Notes: a model not told the origin generated them from the sequence alone. A DNA stretch of 64,000 nucleotides from Auanema rhodensis (GCA_964057225.1 OZ059895.1:11966001-12030000), one strand, 5' to 3'. Shown: positions 48,203 to 61,420, counted from the stretch's first letter. Numbers and translations: made by a program.

Positions 48203-48832
48203 ATGTCGCTCAACCTTCCACCTCTACCCTGCGAGACACCCATCGAAATGATCAAGGAAAAATGGATCAACATCCATTCACTCCAAATTGAGCTACAAGA
48301 GCTGGAGAAAGACAACCCCAAGAAACTAAAGATTCTTCGGTCCTTCTCGGAGAATCTATCCAGAGTGACTCTATTGATAGAAACTCTGGAAAGGTTACAA
48401 TGTTTATGTAACCATCAAGAAGACGAAATGGCCAAAATGGCAAAGAACTGGTTGTCAGCCACCGTCCGCACCAAGTTCACCATCCGCAAACTGCGTCAAG
48501 AATTAGGCTATTCAATCCCAGAATACGAAGGAAGCGCTGATCTAATCCCGAGATGGGCCGCAGAAGAAATCTACAAGAGTTGGACAGAAGAGAGTTTAAA
48601 CAAGTCCGCAAACCAGTCAATAAGGAAAGCTGGAGAACGAGTTGGCCAAGCATTGAAGATTTTAATGGCAACTGGCGCCACCACCCAGAACCAGAAAGAT
48701 ATGAAAAAGAAGATATGCAACCAGACGACAGATTTGCTGACAGATCTCAGTCTCTATCACACATGGACCGTCGCTGGGCAGCATACAGCAACCGACTTTC
48801 AAATGGGACAAATCAATGAGGAGGAAGGATGA
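48203..48832 (+). CDS. Accessory ORF2 of the retroelement, unknown function (209 aa, apparently alpha-helical)
   Basis: Intact ATG-TGA ORF between A/T-homopolymer non-coding flanks; upstream TATATAA (48137) and downstream AATAAA (48860-48865). Confidence 0.75.
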   Translation: MSLNLPPLPCETPIEMIKEKWINIHSLQIELQELEKDNPKKLKILRSFSENLSRVTLLIETLERLQCLCNHQEDEMAKMAKNWLSATVRTKFTIRKLRQELGYSIPEYEGSADLIPRWAAEEIYKSWTEESLNKSANQSIRKAGERVGQALKILMATGATTQNQKDMKKKICNQTTDLLTDLSLYHTWTVAGQHTATDFQMGQINEEEG

Positions 48833-49043
48833 AAACTGCTAAGAAAGAGGTGATGAATCAATAAAACATTTTATTTTTATTTTTTTTTATTTTTTTTCAC
48901 TCTATTATTCACTTACCTATTCTATTATTCCTATTCTTGTTTCAATTTTTTTTTTTTTTTGTTTCAAAAAAAAAAAAAAAAAAAAAAAAACACGAAATCT
49001 AATTTCTTATAGCTGAGGTCAGCTAACTTTTTCCTATAAGGCA

Positions 49044-49429
49044 TGTTCCATACATAACTTATAGAGAAGGCGGTTGACTACGTCAACCGACTTCAGTTTA
49101 ATCAAATAAAATAAGAAACTAGAATTCGAAAGTTTTTTTATAAAAGATTCCACGGAATAAGGTGGAACGTAATTCTTTTTATACAAATTCATTCACTTTT
49201 TACATTCTATAGTTTGCTATATAAACCCGTAGAAAACACACTAAGAGAGATCTTCTATCATGTAGTTTTAGACTTTAACTTTACTTGTTTGTAGTTTATA
49301 ACATTTCCTATTGTAGTTTTCTCTATATAATAAAACGGTTGCTAATTTATCTACTTGTTGAACAATGAAATCCTTGCACAAAATCCATCTGAAACCCTAG
49401 TCGGAACCCTAGGGCAATCAAATGGAACG
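49044..49429 (+). repeat. 3' LTR (386 bp)
   Basis: Direct repeat of 37588-37973, followed by TSD CTAA and the resumed 5S spacer. Confidence 0.96.
49329..49334 (+). terminator. Putative polyadenylation signal in 3' LTR
   Basis: AATAAA (equivalent to 37873-37878 in the 5' LTR). Confidence 0.5.
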
Positions 49430-49498
49430 CTAACATGAAATTGGAAAAAAAACAATAACGAGGATAAATATGTAAATCATTCAATATCAGATATTTTC

Positions 49499-49617
49499 GC
49501 TTACGACCATACCACGTTGAAAGAACGCCATCCCGTCCGATCTGGCAAGTCAAGCAACGTTGGGCCCGGTTAGTACTTGGATCGGAGACAGCTTGGGAAT
49601 CCCGGGTGCCGTAAGCT
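49499..49617 (+). rRNA. 5S rRNA, variant C
   Basis: T26A, G92A; first gene after the 3' LTR. Confidence 0.8.
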
Positions 49618-50028
49618 TTTCAAATTTTTTTAACGATCATACCACGTTGAAAGTACACCATGCAGCTGATTTTCAATTTTATCTCTTCCGTAACAAATGT
49701 TTTCAATTTTCCAGCAGTTTTACTTAGATAGCTCAACCCAAGGCATTAAAATATCTTCAATCTTATTTCTATATTACAGTTATAAACCAGTAGTTTATGA
49801 ACCTTCATCTTAACTTTACTGTTTCTATCTATTTCCTATTGAAACAAACATTGTTTAAACACTATACAACTGTGAAACCTTTTTTAATTTATTGTATTTG
49901 GATCTCATAAGATTTGATATCATCGAGGGATTTAGATGTTACGTAGAAAATTACATAACTAACATGAAATTTGGAAAAAAAACAATAACGAGGATAAGTA
50001 TGTAAATCATTGAATATCAGATATTTTC

Positions 50029-50147
50029 GCTTACGACCATACCACGTTGAAAGTACGCCATCCCGTCCGATCTGGCAAGTCAAGCAACGTTGGGCCCGGT
50101 TAGTACTTGGATCGGAGACGGCTTGGGAATCCCGGGTGCCGTAAGCT
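50029..50147 (+). rRNA. 5S rRNA (type A)
   Basis: Consensus. Confidence 0.93.
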
Positions 50148-51356
50148 TTTCAAATTTTTTTAACGATCATACCACGTTGAAAGTACGCCATGCAGCTGAT
50201 TTTCAATTTTATCTCTTCCGTAACAAATGTTTTCAATTTTCCAGCAGTTTTACTTAGATAGCTCAACCCAAGGCATTAAAATATCTTCAATCTTATTTCT
50301 ATATTACAGTTATAAACCAGTAGTTTATGAACCTTCATCTTAACTTTACTGTTTCTATCTATTTCCTATTGAAACAAACATTGTTTAAACACTATACAAC
50401 TGTGAAACCTTTTTTAATTTATTGTATTTGGAGCTCATAAGATTCAATATCATCGAGGGATTTAGATGTAACGTGGAAAATTACATAACTAACATGAAAT
50501 TGGAAAAAAAACAATAACGAGGATAAGTATGTAAATCATTGAATATCAGATATTTCCGCTTACGACCATACCACGTTGAAAGTACGCCAAGCAGCTGATT
50601 TTCAATTTTATCTCTTCCGTAACAAATGTTTTCAATTTTCCAGCAGTTTTACTTAGATAGCTCAACCCAAGGCATCAAAATATCTTCAATCTTATTTCTT
50701 TATTACAGTTATAAACCAGTAGTTTATGAACCTTCATCTTAACTTTACTGTTTCTATCTATTTCCTATTGAAACAAACATTGTTTAAACACTATACAACT
50801 GTGAAACCTTTTTTAATTTATTGTATTTGGAGCTCATAAGATTCAATATCATCGAGGGATTTAGATGTAACGTGGAAAATTACATAACTAACATGAAATT
50901 GGAAAAAAAACAATAACGAGGATAAGTATGTAAATCATTGAATATCAGATATTTCCGCTTACGACCATACCACGTTGAAAGTACGCCATGCAGCTGATTT
51001 TCAATTTTATCTCTTCCGTAACAAATGTTTTCAATTTTCCAGCAGTTTTACTTAGATAGCTCAACCCAAGGCATCAAAATATCTTCAATCTTATTTCTTT
51101 ATTACAGTTATAAACCAGTAGTTTATGAACCTTCATCTTAACTTTACTGTTTCTATCTATTTCCTATTAAAACAAACGTTGTTTAAACACTATACAACTG
51201 TGAAACCTTTTTTAATTTATTGTATTTGGATCTCATAAGATTTGATATCATCGAGGGATTTAGATGTTACGTAGAAAATTACATAACTAACATGAAATTT
51301 GGAAAAAAAACAATAACGAGGATAAGTATGTAAATCATTGAATATCAGATATTTTC

Positions 51357-51475
51357 GCTTACGACCATACCACGTTGAAAGTACGCCATCCCGTCCGATC
51401 TGGCAAGTCAAGCAACGTTGGGCCCGGTTAGTACTTGGATCGGAGACGGCTTGGGAATCCCGGGTGCCGTAAGCT
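51357..51475 (+). rRNA. 5S rRNA (type A)
   Basis: Consensus. Confidence 0.93.
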
Positions 51476-51886
51476 TTTCAATTTTTTTTAACGATCATAC
51501 CACGTTGAAAGTACGCAATGCAGCTGATTTTCAATTTTATCTCTTCCGTAACAAATGTTTTCAATTTTCTAGCAGTTTTACTTAGATAGCTCAACCCAAG
51601 GCATTAAAATATCTTCAATCTTATTTCTATATTACAGTTATAAACCAGTAGTTTATGAACCTTCATCTTAACTTTACTGTTTCTATCTATTTCCTATTGA
51701 AACAAACATTGTTTAAACACTATACAACTGTGAAACCTTTTTTAATTTATTGTATTTGGATCTCATAAGATTTGATATCATCGAGGGATTTAGATGTTAC
51801 GTAGAAAATTACATAACTAACATGAAATTTGGAAAAAAAACAATAACGAGGATAAGTATGTAAATCATTGAATATCAGATATTTTC

Positions 51887-52005
51887 GCTTACGACCATAC
51901 CACGTTGAAAGTACGCCATCCCGTCCGATCTGGCAAGTCAAGCAACGTTGGGCCCGGTTAGTACTTGGATCGGAGACGGCTTGGGAATCCCGGGTGCCGT
52001 AAGCT
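51887..52005 (+). rRNA. 5S rRNA (type A)
   Basis: Consensus. Confidence 0.93.
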
Positions 52006-52416
52006 TTTCAAATTTTTTTAACGATCATACCACGTTGAAAGTACGCCATGCAGCTGATTTTCAATTTTATCTCTTCCGTAACAAATGTTTTCAATTTTCC
52101 AGCAGTTTTACTTAGATAGCTCAACCCAAGGCATTAAAATATCTTCAATCTTATTTCTATATTACAGTTATAAACCAGTAGTTTATGAACCTTCATCTTA
52201 ACTTTACTGTTTCTATCTATTTCCTATTGAAACAAACATTGTTTAAACACTATACAACTGTGAAACCTTTTTTAATTTATTGTATTTGGATCTCATAAGA
52301 TTTGATATCATCGAGGGATTTAGATGTTACGTAGAAAATTACATAACTAACATGAAATTTGGAAAAAAAACAATAACGAGGATAAGTATGTAAATCATTA
52401 AATATCAGATATTTTC

Positions 52417-52535
52417 GCTTACGACCATACCACGTTGAAAGTACGCCATCCCGTCCGATCTGGCAAGTCAAGCAACGTTGGGCCCGGTTAGTACTTGGAT
52501 CGGAGACGGCTTGGGAATCCCGGGTGCCGTAAGCT
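52417..52535 (+). rRNA. 5S rRNA (type A)
   Basis: Consensus. Confidence 0.93.
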
Positions 52536-53744
52536 TTTCAAATTTTTTTAACGATCATACCACGTTGAAAGTACGCCATGCAGCTGATTTTCAATTTTAT
52601 CTCTTCCGTAACAAATGTTTTCAATTTTCCAGCAGTTTTACTTAGATAGCTCAACCCAAGGCATTAAAATATCTTCAATCTTATTTCTATATTACAGTTA
52701 TAAACCAGTAGTTTATGAACCTTCATCTTAACTTTACTGTTTCTATCTATTTCCTATTGAAACAAACATTGTTTAAACACTATACAACTGTGAAACCTTT
52801 TTTAATTTATTGTATTTGGAGCTCATAAGATTCAATATCATCGAGGGATTTAGATGTAACGTGGAAAATTACATAACTAACATGAAATTGGAAAAAAAAC
52901 AATAACGAGGATAAGTATGTAAATCATTGAATATCAGATATTTCCGCTTACGACCATACCACGTTGAAAGTACGCCATGCAGCTGATTTTCAATTTTATC
53001 TCTTCCGTAACAAATGTTTTCAATTTTCCAGCAGTTTTACTTAGATAGCTCAACCCAAGGCATCAAAATATCTTCAATCTTATTTCTTTATTACAGTTAT
53101 AAACCAGTAGTTTATGAACCTTCATCTTAACTTTACTGTTTCTATCTATTTCCTATTGAAACAAACATTGTTTAAACACTATACAACTGTGAAACCTTTT
53201 TTAATTTATTGTATTTGGAGCTCATAAGATTCAATATCATCGAGGGATTTAGATGTAACGTGGAAAATTACATAACTAACATGAAATTGGAAAAAAAACA
53301 ATAACGAGGATAAGTATGTAAATCATTGAATATCAGATATTTCCGCTTACGACCATACCACGTTGAAAGTACGCCATGCAGCTGATTTTCAATTTTATCT
53401 CTTCCGTAACAAATGTTTTCAATTTTCCAGCAGTTTTACTTAGATAGCTCAACCCAAGGCATCAAAATATCTTCAATCTTATTTCTTTATTACAGTTATA
53501 AACCAGTAGTTTATGAACCTTCATCTTAACTTTACTGTTTCTATCTATTTCCTATTAAAACAAACGTTGTTTAAACACTATACAACTGTGAAACCTTTTT
53601 TAATTTATTGTATTTGGATCTCATAAGATTTGATATCATCGAGGGATTTAGATGTTACGTAGAAAATTACATAACTAACATGAAATTTGGAAAAAAAACA
53701 ATAACGAGGATAAGTATGTAAATCATTGAATATCAGATATTTTC

Positions 53745-53863
53745 GCTTACGACCATACCACGTTGAAAGTACGCCATCCCGTCCGATCTGGCAAGTCAAG
53801 CAACGTTGGGCCCGGTTAGTACTTGGATCGGAGACGGCTTGGGAATCCCGGGTGCCGTAAGCT
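53745..53863 (+). rRNA. 5S rRNA (type A)
   Basis: Consensus. Confidence 0.93.
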
Positions 53864-54274
53864 TTTCAAATTTTTTTAACGATCATACCACGTTGAAAGT
53901 ACGCCATGCAGCTGATTTTCAATTTTATCTCTTCCGTAACAAATGTTTTCAATTTTCCAGCAGTTTTACTTAGATAGCTCAACCCAAGGCATTAAAATAT
54001 CTTCAATCTTATTTCTATATTACAGTTATAAACCAGTAGTTTATGAACCTTCATCTTAACTTTACTGTTTCTATCTATTTCCTATTGAAACAAACATTGT
54101 TTAAACACTATACAACTGTGAAACCTTTTTTAATTTATTGTATTTGGATCTCATAAGATTTGATATCATCGAGGGATTTAGATGTTACGTAGAAAATTAC
54201 ATAACTAACATGAAATTTGGAAAAAAAACAATAACGAGGATAAGTATGTAAATCATTAAATATCAGATATTTTC

Positions 54275-54393
54275 GCTTACGACCATACCACGTTGAAAGT
54301 ACGCCATCCCGTCCGATCTGGCAAGTCAAGCAACGTTGGGCCCGGTTAGTACTTGGATCGGAGACGGCTTGGGAATCCCGGGTGCCGTAAGCT
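54275..54393 (+). rRNA. 5S rRNA (type A)
   Basis: Consensus. Confidence 0.93.
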
Positions 54394-54803
54394 TTTCAAA
54401 TTTTTTTAACGATCATACCACGTTGAAAGTACGCCATGCAGCTGATTTTCAATTTTATCTCTTCCGTAACAAATGTTTTCAATTTTCCCGCAGTTTTACT
54501 TAGATAGCTCAACCCAAGGCATCAAAATATCTTCAATCTTATTTCTTTATTACAGTTATAAACCAGTAGTTTATGAACCTTCATCTTAACTTTACTGTTT
54601 CTATCTATTTCCTATTAAAACAAACGTTGTTTAAACACTATACAACTGTGAAACCTTTTTTAATTTATTGTATTTGGAGCTCATAAGATTCAATATCATC
54701 GAGGGATTTAGATGTAACGTGGAAAATTACATAACTAACATGAAATTGGAAAAAAAACAATAACGAGGATAAATATGTAAATCATTGAATATCAGATATT
54801 TTC

Positions 54804-54922
54804 GCTTACGACCATACAACGTTGAAAGTACGCCATCCCGTCCGATCTGGCAAGTCAAGCAACGTTGGGCCCGGTTAGTACTTGGATCGGAGACAGCTTG
54901 GGAATCCCGCGTGCCGTAAGCT
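54804..54922 (+). rRNA. 5S rRNA, divergent copy
   Basis: C15A, G92A, G107C. Confidence 0.72.
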
Positions 54923-55731
54923 TTTCAAATTTTTTTAACGATCATACCACGTTGAAAGTACGCCATGCAGCTGATTTTCAATTTTATCTCTTCCGTAACA
55001 AATGTTTTCAATTTTCCAGCAGTTTTACTTAGATAGCTCAACCCAAGCCATTAAAATATCTTCAATCTTATTTCTATATTACAGTTATAAACCAGTAGTT
55101 TATGAACCTTCATCTTAACTTTACTGTTTCTATCTATTTCCTATTGAAACAAACATTGTTTAAACACTATACAACTGTGAAACCTTTTTTAATTTATTGT
55201 ATTTGGAGCTCATAAGATTCAATATCATCGAGGGGTTTAGATGTAACGTGGAAAATTACATAACTAACATGAAATTGGAAAAAAAACAATAACGAGGATA
55301 AGTATGTAAATCATTGAATATCAGATATTTCCGCTTACGACCATACCACGTTGAAAGTACGCCATGCAGCTGATTTTCAATTTTATCTCTTCCGTAACAA
55401 ATGTTTTCAATTTTCCAGCAGTTTTACTTAGATAGCTCAACCCAAGGCATCAAAATATCTTCAATCTTATTTCTTTATTACAGTTATAAACCAGTAGTTT
55501 ATGAACCTTCATCTTAACTTTACTGTTTCTATCTATTTCCTATTAAAACAAACGTTGTTTAAACACTATACAACTGTGAAACCTTTTTTAATTTATTGTA
55601 TTTGGAGCTCATAAGATTCAATATCATCGAGGGATTTAGATGTAACGTGGAAAATTACATAACTAACATGAAATTGGAAAAAAAACAATAACGAGGATAA
55701 ATATGTAAATCATTGAATATCAGATATTTTC

Positions 55732-55850
55732 GCTTACGACCATACCACGTTGAAAGTACGCCATCCCGTCCGATCTGGCAAGTCAAGCAACGTTGGGCCC
55801 GGTTAGTACTTGGATCGGAGACAGCTTGGGAATCTCGGGTGCCGTAAGCT
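55732..55850 (+). rRNA. 5S rRNA, divergent copy
   Basis: G92A, C104T. Confidence 0.78.
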
Positions 55851-56260
55851 TTTCAAATTTTTTTAACGATCATACCACGTTGAAAGTACGCCATGCAGCT
55901 GATTTTCAATTTTATCTCTTCCGTAACAAATGTTTTCAATTTTCCAGCAGTTTTACTTAGATAGCTCAACCCAAGCCATTAAAATATCTTCAATCTTATT
56001 TTTATATTACAGTTATAAACCAGTAGTTTATGAACCTTCATCTTAACTTTACTGTTTCTATCTATTTCCTATTGAAACAAACATTGTTTAAACACTATAC
56101 AACTGTGAAACCTTTTTTAATTTATTGTATTTGGATCTCATAAGATTTGATATCATCGAGGGATTTAGATGTTACGTAGAAAATTACATAACTAACATGA
56201 AATTGGAAAAAAAACAATAACGAGGATAAGTATGTAGATCATTGAATATCAGATATTTTC

Positions 56261-56379
56261 GCTTACGACCATACCACGTTGAAAGTACGCCATCCCGTCC
56301 GATCTGGCAAGTCAAACAACGTTGGGCCCGGTTAGTACTTGGATCGGAGACGGCTTCTGAATCCCGGGTGCCGTAAGCA
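56261..56379 (+). rRNA. 5S rRNA, variant B
   Basis: Variant B changes. Confidence 0.75.
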
Positions 56380-57986
56380 TTTCAAATTTTTATAACGATC
56401 ATACCACGTTGAAAGTACGCCATGCAGCTGATTTTCAATTTTATCTCTTCCGTAACAAAAGTTTTCAATTTTCCAGAAGTTTTACTTAGATAGCTCAACC
56501 CAAGGCATTAAAATATCTTCAATCTTATTTCTATATTACAGTTATAAACCAGTAGTTTATGAACCTTCATCTTAACTTTACTGTTTCTATCTATTTCCTA
56601 TTGAAACAAACATTGTTTAAACACTATACAACTGTGAAACCTTTTTTAATTTATTGTATTTGGAGCTCATAAGATTCAATATCATCGAGGGATTTAGATG
56701 TAACGTGGAAAATTACATAACTAACATGAAATTGGAAAAAAAACAATAACGAGGATAAGTATGTAAATCATTGAATATCAGATATTTCCGCCTACGACCA
56801 TACCACGTTGAAAGTACGCCATGCAGCTGATTTTCAATTTTATCTCTTCCGTAACAAATGTTTTCAATTTTCCAGCAGTTTTACTTAGATAGCTCAACCC
56901 AAGGCATTAAAATATCTTCAATCTTATTTCTTTATTACAGTTATAAACCAGTAGTTTATGAACCTTCATCTTAACTTTACTGTTTCTATCTATTTCCTAT
57001 TAAAACAAACGTTGTTTAAACACTATACAACTGTGAAACCTTTTTTAATTTATTGTATTTGGAGCTCATAAGATTCAATATCATCGAGGGATTTAGATGT
57101 AACGTGGAAAATTACATAACTAACATGAAATTGGAAAAAAAACAATAACGAGGATAAGTATGTAAATCATTGAATATCAGATATTTCCGCTTACGACCAT
57201 ACCACGTTGAAAGTACGCCATGCAGCTGATTTTCAATTTTATCTCTTCCGTAACAAATGTTTTCAATTTTCCAGCAGTTTTACTTAGATAGCTCAACCCA
57301 AGGCATCAAAATATCTTCAATCTTATTTCTTTATTACAGTTATAAACCAGTAGTTTATGAACCTTCATCTTAACTTTACTGTTTCTATCTATTTCCCATT
57401 AAAACAAACGTTGTTTAAACACTATACAACTGTGAAACCTTTTTTAATTTATTGTATTTGGAGCTCATAAGATTCAATATCATCGAGGGATTTAGATGTA
57501 ACGTGGAAAATTACATAACTAACATGAAATTGGAAAAAAAACAATAACGAGGATAAATATGTAAATCATTGAATATCAGATATTTTCGCTTACGACCATA
57601 CCACGTTGAAAGTACGCCATGCAGCTGATTTTCAATTTTATCTCTTCCGTAACAAATGTTTTCAATTTTCCAGCAGTTTTACTTAGATAGCTCAACCCAA
57701 GGCATCAAAATATCTTCAATCTTATTTCTTTATTACAGTTATAAACCAGTAGTTTATGAACCTTCATCTTAACTTTACTGTTTCTATCTATTTCCTATTA
57801 AAACAAACGTTGTTTAAACACTATACAACTGTGAAACCTTTTTTAATTTATTGTATTTGGAGCTCATAAGATTCAATATCATCGAGGGATTTAGATGTAA
57901 CGTGGAAAATTACATAACTAACATGAAATTGGAAAAAAAACAATAACGAGGATAAATATGTAAATCATTGAATATCAGATATTTTC

Positions 57987-58105
57987 GCTTACGACCATAC
58001 CACGTTGAAAGAACGCCATCCCGTCCGATCTGGCAAGTCAAGCAACGTTGGGCCCGGTTAGTACTTGGATCGGAGACAGCTTGGGAATCCCGGGTGCCGT
58101 AAGCT
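57987..58105 (+). rRNA. 5S rRNA, variant C
   Basis: T26A, G92A. Confidence 0.8.
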
Positions 58106-58915
58106 TTTCAAATTTTTTTAACGATCATACCACGTTGAAAGTACGCCATGCAGCTGATTTTCAATTTTATCTCTTCCGTAACAAATGTTTTCAATTTTCC
58201 AGCAGTTTTACTTAGATAGCTCAACCCAAGCCATTAAAATATCTTCAATCTTATTTCTATATTACAGTTATAAACCAGTAGTTTATGAACCTTCATCTTA
58301 ACTTTACTGTTTCTATCTATTTCCTATTGAAACAAACATTGTTTAAACACTATACAACTGTGAAACCTTTTTTAATTTATTGTATTTGGAGCTCATAAGA
58401 TTCAATATCATCGAGGGATTTAGATGTAACGTGGAAAATTACATAACTAACATGAAATTGGAAAAAAAACAATAACGAGGATAAGTATGTAAATCATTGA
58501 ATATCAGATATTTCCGCTTACGACCATACCACGTTGAAAGTACGCCATGCAGCTGATTTTCAATTTTATCTCTTCCGTAACAAATGTTTTCAATTTTCCA
58601 GCAGTTTTACTTAGATAGCTCAACCCAAGGCATCAAAATATCTTCAATCTTATTTCTTTATTACAGTTATAAACCAGTAGTTTATGAACCTTCATCTTAA
58701 CTTTACTGTTTCTATCTATTTCCTATTAAAACAAACGTTGTTTAAACACTATACAACTGTGAAACCTTTTTTAATTTATTGTATTTGGATCTCATAAGAT
58801 TTGATATCATCGAGGGATTTAGATGTTACGTAGAAAATTACATAACTAACATGAAATTTGGAAAAAAAACAATAACGAGGATAAGTATGTAAATCATTGA
58901 ATATCAGATATTTTC

Positions 58916-59034
58916 GCTTACGACCATACCACGTTGAAAGTACGCCATCCCGTCCGATCTGGCAAGTCAAGCAACGTTGGGCCCGGTTAGTACTTGGATC
59001 GGAGACGGCTTGGGAATCCCGGGTGCCGTAAGCT
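58916..59034 (+). rRNA. 5S rRNA (type A)
   Basis: Consensus. Confidence 0.93.
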
Positions 59035-59445
59035 TTTCAAATTTTTTTAACGATCATACCACGTTGAAAGTACGCCATGCAGCTGATTTTCAATTTTATC
59101 TCTTCCGTAACAAATGTTTTCAATTTTCCAGCAGTTTTACTTAGATAGCTCAACCCAAGGCATTAAAATATCTTCAATCTTATTTCTATATTACAGTTAT
59201 AAACCAGTAGTTTATGAACCTTCATCTTAACTTTACTGTTTCTATCTATTTCCTATTGAAACAAACATTGTTTAAACACTATACAACTGTGAAACCTTTT
59301 TTAATTTATTGTATTTGGATCTCATAAGATTTGATATCATCGAGGGATTTAGATGTTACGTAGAAAATTACATAACTAACATGAAATTTGGAAAAAAAAC
59401 AATAACGAGGATAAGTATGTAAATCATTAAATATCAGATATTTTC

Positions 59446-59564
59446 GCTTACGACCATACCACGTTGAAAGTACGCCATCCCGTCCGATCTGGCAAGTCAA
59501 GCAACGTTGGGCCCGGTTAGTACTTGGATCGGAGACGGCTTGGGAATCCCGGGTGCCGTAAGCT
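59446..59564 (+). rRNA. 5S rRNA (type A)
   Basis: Consensus. Confidence 0.93.
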
Positions 59565-60373
59565 TTTCAAATTTTTTTAACGATCATACCACGTTGAAAG
59601 TACGCCATGCAGCTGATTTTCAATTTTATCTCTTCCGTAACAAATGTTTTCAATTTTCCAGCAGTTTTACTTAGATAGCTCAACCCAAGGCATTAAAATA
59701 TCTTCAATCTTATTTCTATATTACAGTTATAAACCAGTAGTTTATGAACCTTCATCTTAACTTTACTGTTTCTATCTATTTCCTATTGAAACAAACATTG
59801 TTTAAACACTATACAACTGTGAAACCTTTTTTAATTTATTGTATTTGGAGCTCATAAGATTCAATATCATCGTGGGATTTAGATGTAACGTGGAAAATTA
59901 CATAACTAACATGAAATTGGAAAAAAAACAATAACGAGGATAAGTATGTAAATCATTGAATATCAGATATTTCCGCTTACGACCATACCACGTTGAAAGT
60001 ACGCCATGCAGCTGATTTTCAATTTTATCTCTTCCGTAACAAATGTTTTCAATTTTCCCGCAGTTTTACTTAGATAGCTCAACCCAAGGCATCAAAATAT
60101 CTTCAATCTTATTTCTTTATTACAGTTATAAACCAGTAGTTTATGAACCTTCATCTTAACTTTACTGTTTCTATCTATTTCCTATTAAAACAAACGTTGT
60201 TTAAACACTATACAACTGTGAAACCTTTTTTAATTTATTGTATTTGGAGCTCATAAGATTCAATATCATCGAGGGATTTAGATGTAACGTGGAAAATTAC
60301 ATAACTAACATGAAATTGGAAAAAAAACAATAACGAGGATAAATATGTAAATCATTGAATATCAGATATTTTC

Positions 60374-60492
60374 GCTTACGACCATACAACGTTGAAAGTA
60401 CGCCATCCCGTCCGATCTGGCAAGTCAAGCAACGTTGGGCCCGGTTAGTACTTGGATCGGAGACAGCTTGGGAATCCCGCGTGCCGTAAGCT
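60374..60492 (+). rRNA. 5S rRNA, divergent copy
   Basis: Same changes as the 54804 copy. Confidence 0.72.
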
Positions 60493-61301
60493 TTTCAAAT
60501 TTTTTTAACGATCATACCACGTTGAAAGTACGCCATGCAGCTGATTTTCAATTTTATCTCTTCCGTAACAAATGTTTTCAATTTTCCAGCAGTTTTACTT
60601 AGATAGCTCAACCCAAGCCATTAAAATATCTTCAATCTTATTTCTATATTACAGTTATAAACCAGTAGTTTATGAACCTTCATCTTAACTTTACTGTTTC
60701 TATCTATTTCCTATTGAAACAAACATTGTTTAAACACTATACAACTGTGAAACCTTTTTTAATTTATTGTATTTGGAGCTCATAAGATTCAATATCATCG
60801 AGGGGTTTAGATGTAACGTGGAAAATTACATAACTAACATGAAATTGGAAAAAAAACAATAACGAGGATAAGTATGTAAATCATTGAATATCAGATATTT
60901 CCGCTTACGACCATACCACGTTGAAAGTACGCCATGCAGCTGATTTTCAATTTTATCTCTTCCGTAACAAATGTTTTCAATTTTCCAGCAGTTTTACTTA
61001 GATAGCTCAACCCAAGGCATCAAAATATCTTCAATCTTATTTCTTTATTACAGTTATAAACCAGTAGTTTATGAACCTTCATCTTAACTTTACTGTTTCT
61101 ATCTATTTCCTATTAAAACAAACGTTGTTTAAACACTATACAACTGTGAAACCTTTTTTAATTTATTGTATTTGGAGCTCATAAGATTCAATATCATCGA
61201 GGGATTTAGATGTAACGTGGAAAATTACATAACTAACATGAAATTGGAAAAAAAACAATAACGAGGATAAATATGTAAATCATTGAATATCAGATATTTT
61301 C

Positions 61302-61420
61302 GCTTACGACCATACCACGTTGAAAGTACGCCATCCCGTCCGATCTGGCAAGTCAAGCAACGTTGGGCCCGGTTAGTACTTGGATCGGAGACAGCTTGGG
61401 AATCTCGGGTGCCGTAAGCT
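61302..61420 (+). rRNA. 5S rRNA, divergent copy
   Basis: Same changes as the 55732 copy. Confidence 0.78.

Larger units (their letters stand above)
37588..49429 (+). mobile_element. Full-length Ty3/gypsy (Metaviridae-type) LTR retroelement carrying an envelope gene
   Basis: Two 386-bp direct LTRs, 4-bp TSD CTAA (37584-37587 and 49430-49433), PBS, intact polyprotein with PR-RT-RH-IN order. Confidence 0.97.

Noticed and set aside
47975-48990. Poly(A) tracts as tails of a nested non-LTR or retrocopy insertion
   Set aside because: No flanking TSD identified; the tracts are multiple, lie on both sides of ORF2 and in the leader, and homopolymer lengths may be imprecise
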